Shown: positions 52,413-64,000 of the stretch, piece after piece
Position numbering within the stretch: position 1 is the stretch's first letter
How the letters are laid out: each line of letters opens with the position of its first letter
NCBI GenBank assembly: GCA_021613535.1
Contig: CP075492.1
Coordinates: 18,662,001 to 18,726,000, forward strand
Length of the DNA: 64,000 nt
Source of the DNA: Adineta vaga
Taxonomy: Eukaryota; Animalia; Rotifera
Reading direction: 5' to 3'
Made by a program: the position numbers and the translations under genes
Notes under the pieces: generated by a model
The model's input: the letters and a program-made list of their open reading frames with translations, nothing else
What the model was told of the DNA's origin: nothing
Database searches by the model: none

Positions 52413-53439
52413 GTTACTCTATGATCAACACAAGAAATAATATGTTGTTAATATTTTGTATGCTTTAATAACGAAAGAATTAGTTGGAAAAAACCTCTTC
52501 ACGTCTACCGCCAACTAACTGATAATATGAGAAGAACAACAAAAAACGCTACTTTGTCAGATAAACAGGTGTCGATAGAAACACGTGAGTACGATAATCA
52601 AAATAAACTTGGAAAAAAAGTGCACATTGCATGGTACGATGAAGTATTGAAGTATTACTTTTTTTCCCCGAGACTCATCAGCCTCATCCTTCATCCTCTA
52701 CGAAACCATAGCAATATTAAAATTTTAGGCAGTAGATTTATTTTATCATAGTTTTGAATTACACATTCAGTGATTTCTATCAAAGTTTTCTTAGACGATT
52801 TCCTTCAACTATCCATCCATTCTGTATGGCTCATGTTGTTGGCATGAAATCAATACCATTGGGGTCACAGGTAGCCATTTCGTGTATTTTTCCATTTAAC
52901 ACAGCTATTACTTTGTATAAACCAAGTCCTCCTGATAAAGCAAGTTCAATATAAGGATTCGGCGAAGAATTGCTAAAACGTAGATTAGAAGCACCAACCT
53001 TGCCCTTGTGATCACTGATGATACTGTCATTATGTGTGTAGCGCGACATAGATCCAATGATCTTCGCATCTGTTATTTCCATTTTTGTCACACTTCAGTG
53101 AAACGTTTTTGAAAATATAGTGTGTTACACTATAGACGTAAACTATAATCTAAAACATTTGAAAAACTTCTATTATGGGCCAATGTTTTCAATAAAAAAA
53201 TAAAATATATCTAAAGGTGTCATAACAAACCTTTATATTGTTCTTCAAAAGACGAACATGTCTCTCTCAAAACATAAACGTGGATATCTAATAAAAGTAC
53301 CTTATCTATCTTCTTTGCATTCTTTCAGTCTATTTCTAAAAAGATTGTTTCATTTGAAAAGATACAACCATTGTAAAAAGAAAATTTTCTTCAAATAAAA
53401 TATGTTTCCACGATTATCTTATGTCTCGGATAGTAATTA

Positions 53440-55480
53440 TCATATAAAAGAGAAGATTTTCGTGTGGTTTGGCTCGATGATCAAATAAATAATAATTATG
53501 ATTGTCTTGCTATTCGAACAAAATTATTGGAACTCAATCCAGCTGCTCAATTCTATGAAAATAACACATGCTGAAAAAATTTTCTTGATCATCTTTGCTG
53601 TATATGCAAGACAAAATTTAAGCAAACTAAGTAGTATACTATCTGTACGAGCGATATTTATCTTCTATAAACATCGACAAGATTACCAAGATGATGAAAT
53701 TCAACATTCGAAAATAATTGTTCGATTTACCAATGAAAAAACAATGCATTTACTCTATTCAATCAAAAAGAAAAATCAATAAGAGATTTATCTAAGGAAC
53801 GAGCGACATTTCTATGGCATCAACTTCTCATTTATGTTCTTCGACAAATGATAGATGATGAACATGCTAAAAATGATATGCTCAAGAAATGTATCGATTA
53901 TTATCGACATAGTCAGAAAGAATTGGAGAATATTGAACGATTTCGATCGACATATACACATGAAAGTGCTATTTATTGGTATACGATAGATTCATTCATG
54001 TGTACGTTACTCAATAGAGCATTTCGAACAGAAAATATTCAATTAATCTATGCTTTTCGTTATTTTATTATTGATCTGTGTACTCAATTAGAAAAAGAAA
54101 GTTTGAAATTAAAAAAAAATCAGTATTCTAAAAGTATATCGTGGCCAACAAATTCCTGTTGAAGAATTTAATAAAATACGAAAGAATATCGATAAATTCA
54201 TAGCACCAAATGGATTTTTTTCTGCATGAAAAGATAGGAAAGTTTCGATTGTATATGCTGGAGAAAGTTTAAAAGAAATGACAGCTGTTCTATTTGAAAT
54301 ATAAGTTAATCTATCGTTACGATCAATCACTTTAGCAGATATCAAAGAATTAAGCAATTTTAAAGATGAACATGAAGTACTCTTTTCAATTGATTTTGAT
54401 TCAAATTTGAATCTATGGAAAGTACAATTGACGAATACAGATGATGGTTGGGAATATATTGAAGAATATTTACAAATAGCTGAAGATGAAATGAAAGATA
54501 TGAGTCCAATGATTTGTTTTGGTAGTCTTCTTCTCAAACGAACTTGGACAAATTGATTGTGCTGAGAAATATTTTCGTGATCTTCTTAAAACACTTCCAT
54601 GTGATCATCCAGATATTGCAGCATTAAACATCGGACTTGGACATGTATGTATAAAACGAGGTGATTATCGTTTGGCATTAGAAAAATATCAACGAGTTTA
54701 TGAAATTCGTCAAGAAACATTATCAATTTTAAATCCTCGTATCGCTTCTTCATTGAGAAATTTTGGTAATACATGTCGAGCTATGGGAAATTTTGATCAA
54801 GCTCTTTTTTATTTTCGTGAAGCAATGAAAATTTATGAAAGAAATTATTCGCTTGATCATATTTGTATTGCAATGACATTTGAAGAAATCGGTTTAACAT
54901 ATCAAGACAAAGCTCAATGGGAAATTGCTTTAATTTAGTTAAAAGATGCTCTTAAAATTTTCAAACGTATTTTACCTTCACAACATCCTCAAATTGCTCA
55001 TTGTTTAGTTAGTATAGCAAATTTATATGAAAATATGAAATAATTTGATCTTGCATTAGAATATCTTCATGAAGAATTAAAAATGGATGAAATATGTTTA
55101 CCATCGGAACATTATCATATCAATAATGATTTAAATCGCATAGTTGATACATATAAAACGAAGCATGAATATATGATAAAGATTAACAATCTACAAAGAA
55201 CTATTTGGTGAAAATCATTCACGAGTTATTAATACTCTTTTATGTATTTGTAATTTACTTCTTGAAAAAGTTTGTTAGAGAAAAAAATATATCCATTAAA
55301 TCATTTTAATATCGCCCCGATCATTTGCATTCATTGGTGCAATTTATTATCGGACAAATTGTTATACAATAGCATTAGAATATTTCAATGAAGCTCTGCT
55401 TATATTTCAAAGTATTTATCCATGCGATTACAATATTATTAAGAAAATTCATGAACAAATTATGACAACGAAAAATGCAC
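53440..55480 (+). pseudogene. ART + TPR protein, heavily disrupted
   Basis: VVWLDD, FLWHQL, AIYWYT..LNRAFR, VYRGQ, DEHEVLF and TPRs, with several stops and frameshifts. Confidence 0.85.
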
Positions 55481-55834
55481 TAAGTCATCGGAGGAAATCG
55501 CGAAGACGTTCGACAACAAGGTTTTATTCAAGTTCAAGATCTAGATCTCGATCAGAATCCAGATATTCTCCTAGTTCTATTTTTAGATCCGATCAAAATA
55601 TCACTAATGGTCTCAATCTTCACAGATTAGACCTAAACGATTCGAAAACAAAATTATTTAAAACAAAATCGAAAAAAAAGTCTCGAAAAAATCAAAATGA
55701 ATGAGATGTATTCTAAAATCAGTCTTTGTTCTTATCCTAAATGTCAAATTTAATTGTAAGATAAATTTTCATATGTGTGTTACTTACGAAAGTAAAGTAA
55801 ATATAAGGATAATGAAGGAGTACTTCTTAACTGA

Positions 55835-55890
55835 TTGAGGGTGGGTGAGGGTGAGAGACGAAAAAACAACCACACCCGGCCATCCTCAAG
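55835..55890. repeat. Telomere-like hairpin element between convergent genes
   Basis: ttgagggtgggtgaggg...cacacccggccatcctcaag. Confidence 0.75.
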
Positions 55891-56176
55891 ATGGTAAAAG
55901 TCAATAGTTTATTTACTGGTAGTAATAGTAAAGTGCCAACTCTAATTGTTAGGGATTAAATCATTGATCTTTCAAAAATTACGATTAATTGTCAAAAGTT
56001 TGGCGATTTTGACAGCATGAATTCTCTTACATTTGCAGGAATATTTATTAAACACATGACACAAGTTTATGTAGAAGAAAGAAATAAGCACAAACAACAA
56101 GCGAAAGTAAAATTATCAACAGTAAATTTCCACATTAAGAGGTCTTCTTATAGCAGTTATAACTTTGGCAGTTCCT

Positions 56177-59100
56177 CTACTTTTCTTCTAGTTGATCCCT
56201 GTCAACCCGTATTTCCACATTATCTTGTATTTGTTGACGGAAGAAATGTTTTTGCACATAACGTCCAAAACGAATTAGATAAAAGACATTTTTTTCATCT
56301 TCTTGCATTATTAAATCTTGATGACGTTGTAAAAATTTAAATATACGTGGTCCACGTCCCTCTGTTCTATTTAAAAATCCACATGTAACACAATCCACAA
56401 GATGGCGTATTTGATAACGAAGAATTTCATAATCAGATAAAACATTGTAGATCATCTTATGACGCCATGCTATACTTTGTTCCTTTAAGGATGGAATTTC
56501 ACCGACAGCTACACCTTCAAGTATAAAATATTAATTATATAAGGATTTAATTCCGTAGAATATACTTACTAATCATTAAATTAACAACAAAAATACAAAG
56601 AACAATACCAGTAAGAATAAATATCAAATAAAGTATTGCGTAATAAGCAAAATTACCATCTGATTGACCATAAAGTCGATCTTCATAATTCAGATCAAAT
56701 ATCATTAAACTTGTACGAATCAATGCTTCGATAGGTGTTCCATATACATCTTGATTTTGAAGTAACATCCAAAAAGAAAAACCAAATCCACATACAATAA
56801 TCATTAATACAGGTAAGAATTCAATAAACTTCAATAAAATACATTGTAACATCACAACGTAAATACCAATATGACCATAGGCTACGTATCGAACATATGT
56901 AAGAAAATTAATCCAAGCAAGAAGAAGTGAAATTGAACCAATTTGATATTGAACAGGACAACGGAAGATTACAGGACTAAGCCATGGATACCAATCCCAT
57001 ATAGAGATAAATGAAAGACCTAGAACAGCCATTTCTAGATAACTTGCACCCAAACGTAATATTTTTGGAAAAAGACTTATAACAATTAAGATATTTTTCA
57101 CAATAAATACATACAAAAACGCAAAAGAAACCCATCTAAGTCTTCTGTAGCTATCTGGTTTGAACACTTCTGTTACATTTGCATTAACAAGTGTGTTAGA
57201 TACTCTTTCACATGTTGCCGGATCTTCAGAATAAGTAACATTGATTAAATCATAAAAATATTGTGGATGTTTCGCTTGAAGCATAAGTGCTGTGAATATA
57301 CCCAAATACGTTGAATAGAGTAAAAAGGAAAGAACTAATAAATAGTTGCCAAACATACGAAATTTCGTTTTGCGTAAATACATATTATATGGGTGATCAA
57401 TAAGTTTAGGACATGATGATTGTTGAGAAGCAATAAATAATGGATGATTACGAACTAATATATAACTATTATTGGAATATGGTTTATGATGAGTATCATC
57501 GTTGTTGTTATTCATACAGCAGTAGCAGCAAAATGCACATCTAACTTTTTCACTACCAGTAAGTCTATTAAATCGATCACGACAAGTATATGAAAGTGGA
57601 CCAGGAGCAGAACCTGAAACAATATCAGTGCAATATTCAAAAAAACAATGTGTACTAGATATCAATGACTTTTAGACAGTGCATCATTTTCTAAATGAGT
57701 TGATTTTAGTTATTCAAGAAACAAATTATAAAAATAGTTTTCAACTAGCTTTATGACCAAATGAGACTACGAAATAAAATTTGACAATACCTTGTCTATA
57801 CCATTGTTCAACAGTAAATTCATCTTGATAGAATTCATAATCATAGATTTTCTTAAATACCTTCTGTCCTTCACCACCAACAGTTCGAGTTAGTTTTGTA
57901 TCAATAACATGTAATGCCACATTTGGCATATATCGAATAAGTTTACGCATTGGTGTATCATATGCTTTAATTTCTTTGATAGGTTGTGCATTTCGCATCA
58001 TACTACGCCATAATGGATGTTCAAAAAGAATATCTTTAACTAATTTATCACGACCATTCATAATAGCTATTTCTAAACAATTGTATAATTGTGCATTTCG
58101 AAGAATAGGTGATGCATTGTGTTCAAGTAGGTATTCTGCTACTTCCAAACGATCATATTGACAAGCTAAATGAAGTGGAGTTATACGACGATCGGCAATA
58201 ATATCAACATCCATTTCAACAGTTTCTACCAGATATTTGACAACTTTGAGATGATCTATTTGATGCAAATAGTTTTTTAAGCAAAAAATACATTATCAAA
58301 GTTCAAGAAACTCAGTAGTTATAGGTAGATTAAACGTATCGTATGCACTGAACTTTCTTCGTATAACAATCGAATGTTGAAATGGAAGACATATATAGTA
58401 GCGATCCTGAGAATTTATTAATAAAATAGTAATATAGTCATATCTTTTATTAGATATGCGTGTTCCAAAGGAAATAAGATCTGTACAATGCTTCGCTGTC
58501 AAATAAAAACAAATGACTGAAGTTTTCTCTCAAGATAAAAAAAAGATTTTAGATTGTTTACTTTATCGTAACATTTACTTAACTTCTAGAGAGAAAACAT
58601 TTATTTAGAACTATTCGAATGAATGAATGAAAATATCCGAATAGGATTTCCTCCTTTTGATTGACTTATAGTCAAATTCCATCTGTTACAAAAAATTGAA
58701 CTAGACGAAGTAAATTAGAGTAGAATAATCTTGCACATCTCTACTAAATAAACTATAGTGTATCAATAAACTTACTATTTGCGGCAGCCAGATGAAGACA
58801 TGATTGTCGATCATTATCACCTTGTTTGAATAGGTTATCTCTGGAATCTTTTTTAGTAAACATATCGTAAAAAAATTTGACAATTCCTTCGTATCCCTTT
58901 TCACATGCTACATACACAGCTGTTTGACCAAGATCATTCTTTTTGTCGATTATATTTATAACTGCTGACGATTTTGTATTATACTTCGCGATAATAACTA
59001 ATTGTTTACAGATTTCTAATTGATTTGAGCATACTGCAGTATGTAAAGGTGTGTTGCCAGCATTATCTGGGGTCATCATAACACGCTGCATATTTTTGAA

Positions 59101-62100
59101 CCTTGGTTCCTTGTCAATCATTTTGACTAAATCAAGACCACTTTCACTTTTGGCTAGAATATGTAAAACTGTCTCGCCATCATCATTGCGCTCCGTCCAT
59201 TCAATATTATCTATCTGCAAAAAAATTATGTATATGATGAAAGAAACGTAAAAGTTAATTTAGCCTTAATACTTTGAGTAAATATTTGAAGCATTCATTT
59301 GCTTCGTAGAAAGCAGCAGTTAATAATGGAGTATAACCAGCATTATTTTTCGCATTGATATCATTACGATCTAAATAATAGTTATGTTACTGAAGAGAAA
59401 ATAATTCAATCAGCGTTATATGTTTTTGATGAATTTTATTATGTCGATAGTAGTTTAAAATATAGTGAACTTACCAAAACCTCTTTTGTCTATAAACCAT
59501 TTAAGCATATCAACATGATTGTGGCGGCAAGCCATGTGTATTAATTGGTTCTTTTGGTCTGAATATTTCGTAATACGATCCATAAATGGCTCCAATAAAG
59601 AAAGTTGTTCTAGAATTAATCGATTTTTTGCTGAATGAATTCATAACAGAAAACGAATCAAGATCGAACATAACCGATCATTACTAACTCAGATCATAAT
59701 CAACTTAATTTCCTGTCAAATTGATCAAGTTTTTTCATTCATTCTCGTCTTCCAGATTTAGTAACGATAAAATGACTTAAAATGAGTTGTTGTTTACAAG
59801 ATCAAGTAAATTCAATCCTGATCGGTTTTCATTTATAAATTCATTGAGCAATTTTGAAACTGACAGAAATGAAAATTACCTTCGATTATTTTTCGTTTTG
59901 TGGCAAAATCAAATGCTAACAATAATTGATAGAGATTTATTTCGTTGATCAACTTCTCTATAATATATGGGGAGCAATGACCATGAGAAAGAGCAAATGC
60001 TAATGGACTTCGATTATCCACTGTTGGCGATGTAAGCAGGTCTAATTTGTTTCTTTTCCCAGTCTTATTGTACCATGTATGTAGTAAGTCAAACATATAT
60101 TTAAGATTTTCTGCTGTCTGCAATGGATCACTAGGAATGAACATAAAATGAAATACATTTTCATTCATAGTAGTTCGTGCCTTCAAATGAACAAAAAATA
60201 AGAAAAATAACAATCAGTTAATAATAGAAAAGATATTTCTTACTTTTATATTAGCACCGTTCTCGAGTAAATAAGAAGCAAAATTACATCGATTTGCTAT
60301 AACAGCTAAATGGAGTGGTGTCCGTCCTTCATCATCTACCTGATCAATTTGGAAATTAGGCTTGAAGCGTCGGGTTAACTCTTCCACAATATATGGAATC
60401 TGTTGGTTCGATGATGATAAGTCATTTGCAGCAACGAGATTGCTATTCGTATTATTGGATCTAATAGTATTTTGGGATTGATTAGTATTCCAAAGTTCCC
60501 TCGATTGAGCAGCTACGTGAAGAGCATTTTCACCATGACCACCAAGAATTTTTATATCTAAGAAATATTGATATTTAAATTCTTAGTCATAGACTTAAAG
60601 AAATATGACAAAGATTAATCTTTTTATTATTTCGCGTTTACAGAATATCACTTCAATTTAGTTTAGATGACAAGATAATTCTCAGACGTACTTTTGAAAT
60701 TATTTAGACTTAGATTAATACTTAATTTAATTAATTAGGACCCAATTGTTATGAAAAATATTAATACATACTACATTCATATGAACCCTTCTCGCGCAGG
60801 TCTGTTGTGCCAAGGAGAATTTTTGCTACGAAAGTATTATTTTTTGACACAGCATAATGAAGCGCTGGCCATTGTTTTCTTTCATCTAAGTTGTGTATTA
60901 ACTTTTGAATCTCTCTTTTTTGTAGACGATCATGTTCAACTTTTTTTTCAAATGTATTCCATTTAGTTTCAGCTTCAATTTGAGTTGATGCGGCTGCAGC
61001 CTTAAAATTCATTTTATATAAATGATAATGAAAAGAGTTTATGGTTTATTTACTTCGAATAATAATTGTTGCGCTGGTTTTGAACCTGATCGGCCATAAG
61101 TAATCAATAGCGGATCATCCACCAACATCGTCATACGAAAATCGTTTATTGTTGCTAATAGAGAAACTATAGTCTCTGATTGTTTTATTTCATATGAATC
61201 TCGAGACCTAAAAGTATATTTTTTAAGTTAAAAAAAATGCTCTACGGCTGGGCCGGCCAAGCATAACGGAATTTCATTTTTGCAACTTGTGAGATACATA
61301 TCTCCTGAATAACAAGAGAGATCTTTCTGAAATTTTGGGTATATATAAAGACTAACTGGCTTTACCAGCGCTAAAAATTTCACTGAGTTATCATAAACCA
61401 TAGTGAAGTTATTTCAAAAATATCGTTCGTTACGGAATTTCAAAAAATGGACAACATTTTTCTGCAAAACTAAGCTTCTCATAAATGAACATTCTGCATA
61501 AAAGTTATTCAGTTTTGCACAAGCTATTAGAATATCCCGTCGCTTTAGTTATAAGAAAATCCCTTCAAATAAGGCAGCTTAGAAGTTGAGCGTTACGGAA
61601 TTTCACCAATTTTGTTGTTTTCCACGGAGGATAGTTCAGTAACATTTTTATGATAATTTTAACTATGAAATCGAACTTATTTTTATTTGCAATGATCAAG
61701 AATATTGTTTTCTACTAATCGATTAATTCATTTTCATTTTATTTTCAAAATCTCATGGAAAATTTCATTCATCTTTTTGACAAAAATGAAAAAACTGGAA
61801 AATTTCGTACTTTTTCGTGTTTTTAAACTCGTTGGAGAGAAAAATTATATTGATTTTCTATGTCAGCCAAGTAACTCGGAGTGCTGAACAAACTTCATAA
61901 TATTTAAAGATCATACTGAGTATAACAAACTTTTTTCCTATAAAATACTGATTTTAAACCTTCCCAACGGAGGGGATCGATGGTTGGCCGAGCCTTTATT
62001 GTTTTTCTACAAAATATATAAATAAACTTGTCATTCACCCATCTTGTGAACCCTTTTCGCGCATGGAAACATCTCATAAAGCGTCTTCTAATCCTGATTT

Positions 62101-62423
62101 ACTTAGATTAACATTTCATAAGCTCTTCCTAAACTTCTGAATTTTTTTTTTCGTACACAGTAACATTCAACTTGTTTTCTATATAAATGCATACCTTTGA
62201 TTTTTAGCTGTAACTTGATTGGATTCAGATACGGTCTAAAAATTTTAATTATATCGATGATAATGACAAGAGTTTTTTATTTATTTACTTCGGACGACAA
62301 TTGTTGTGCTGATTTTGAACTGGATCGACCAGAAGCGATTACTAATGGACCATCTACCGACAATGGTTTATGATCATCGTTCGCTGTTGTTCTTGGATAA
62401 ACTGTACTCTTTGATGAATTCAT
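56177..62423 (-). CDS. TRPA-like ankyrin-repeat cation channel, multi-exon
   Basis: Ankyrin exons (GRTPLHLA, GETVLHI, GNTPLHTA, TPLHLAC); DTPMRKLIRYMP; six-TM region with LLAWINFL, GIYVVM, VVNLMI^AVGEI; stop at 56177. The 5' boundary is uncertain. Confidence 0.85.
61244..61997. mobile_element. Probable non-autonomous TIR element in a TRP intron
   Basis: Ends ggctgggccggccaa ... ttggccgagcc (imperfect inverted); internal acggaatttca x3; it interrupts a duplicated unit. Confidence 0.4.
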
Positions 62424-63002
62424 CTAGTGCAAATCTCAATACTTGAAAGTATATTGTTTTTTTTTCTGAAAAAATATGCCTTGTTTTTCATAAAATATAT
62501 AAATGAACTTATCATTAACCTTCATGTAAACCTTTTTCACACATCGAAATATCTCATAAAGCATCTCCTAAGCTCGCTTCATTCATGGAAACATCATATG
62601 AACTATCTTGCACTTATTTCACTTACGCCGAATTCTCATGAATTACGTGATAAAACCTGTTTTATCATCTAGAATAACTACCGAAAGTAATTATGGACGA
62701 GTTTTTCTGGTGATGTCTGGTAACTGCAGTAGTGCAGTGTGCCCAGTAGCACCAAACAGAGGAATACAGTATTTTCAGTATTATTGTTCTATCAAAAAAT
62801 AGTTAGTATATGCAACATGTAGCTGAAGTATATGAAATTTAACGAGAATAGGTAGTCCTTTCTCAATATATTCTCAAATTTTTACAGTGTGTAAAAGCAG
62901 TACCCAAGGGTATAGATATCACTGAATCTTTTAAATCGAAAAAGATTTTATATAACATTTGAAATGCGTAAAAGTGTAAGTCGAGTTGTTTTTATATAAA
63001 GG

Positions 63003-63790
63003 ACAAGTAACATTCGTCCTTGCGACTCATTTGACCCTCGGCTGTGTAAGGCGCGGATATTTTTTCTCTGCGGACCACACCCACACCCACAAGTTACACT
63101 CGTTCCAGCCCCACTCCTGCCTACACTGAAAAACGTTTGGCACCTGATGTACTAAACTTTTTTAAGTTTAGTAAGCTCTAAGAGGTTCGGCGATTATCAA
63201 GAAAAATCATCGTAAGATTTCCTAAATGATATCCGAAACCTTGACAGTTCTGTAGCATGCTCACGGAGCCATCATTGGTTTCGTAATTAAACAAAAGGTT
63301 TAGTCGATTGTCTACTATCTTGAGAGTGGATGCGGGTGAGTGTGGGTTAGAAGTAATTCCCCACACCGACACCTACACCCTCAGCACTTTAAGAACCTTT
63401 TTTTACTGAAACTTACCTTGAAAATAAAGATTTCACTTTTAAGATGAATATTGCTTTAGAATGACGCTGATATTTCGATTGTTTCTTAATCTTTTTTCTT
63501 TTCTATTTCTTATCAATGTCAAGCAACCTTGGCTCACAATGAAAAACTCTATATACGACCATAGTATATAGACGCGTATGATGGTTGTATATCTTAATAA
63601 CTATATACAAGGACAAGCCGTGTATATCTGAAGTCTGTTACTTTCTTTTTTTTCCTCATATAAAGGATAAAGATGAAGATAATCTTTACATTCACAAGAT
63701 AAATATAAGAAAATGAAACAAGTAACGTTCGTCCTTGCGGCTCATTTGACCCTCGGCTGTTTAAGGCGAGGATACTTTTTGTCTGCACAA
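63003..63790. repeat. ~70-bp direct repeat at 63003-63070 and 63718-63787
   Basis: acaagtaac(a/g)ttcgtccttgcg(a/g)ctcatttgaccctcggctgt(g/t)taaggcg.ggata. Confidence 0.8.
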
Positions 63791-63842
63791 TCTCTCGAAA
63801 TTTTGAAAAGATGATCAAGGACATGATGCGCACGAGAGTAGT

Positions 63843-63921
63843 GATGGGTGTGGCTACGGGTGTGGGTTTGAAGTAATTCCCCACATCGACACCCACACTC
63901 ACACCCACCCATACCCTCAAG
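63843..63921. repeat. Telomere-like hairpin element
   Basis: gggtgtgg..gggtgtgggtttgaagtaattccccacatcgacacccacactcacacccacccataccctcaag; core shared with 63325-63383. Confidence 0.75.
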
Positions 63922-64000
63922 ATTTATCTAATAATAAAATTTTCGAAAGAAATAATACATCAGACAGAATACAAATTACATTCTTGCTCTTATTTTACTT

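Noticed and set aside
55462-55704. SR-rich protein ORF
   Set aside because: Probably the low-complexity tail of the ART-TPR pseudogene, not a separate gene.

Overview
AT-rich eukaryotic DNA with many short GT-AG introns. The gene content (ART-TPR, NHL-repeat, F-box-like and orphan GPCR genes, several apparently foreign genes) and (TGTGGG)n motifs point to a bdelloid rotifer; this is inferred, not tested. The left ~11.4 kb looks like one large DNA transposon whose left end lies outside the window. A 105-bp tandem array and a 48-bp tandem array share an inverted core motif (AGATATCAGATATTTA). They bracket two co-oriented, intron-containing genes: a P-loop ATPase (DUF3987-like, Walker A split by an intron) and a KDZ (Kyakuja-Dileera-Zisupton)-type transposase. 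The element's right end appears to cut off TM7 of a GPCR gene. The rest is an accessory, high-turnover region. It holds three ART-TPR genes (two decayed), HTTM-like, FkbM, UGT and methyltransferase genes or fragments, a J-domain/TPR/patatin fusion, an NHL-Thr-Hint gene, three paralogs of an unrecognised family, Fem-1-like, EF-hand, Skp1 and TRPA-like genes, and two Helitron-like elements. About 20 short hairpin elements built from telomere-like repeats sit at gene ends and gene breakpoints. All calls come from manual motif reading; no searches were run.
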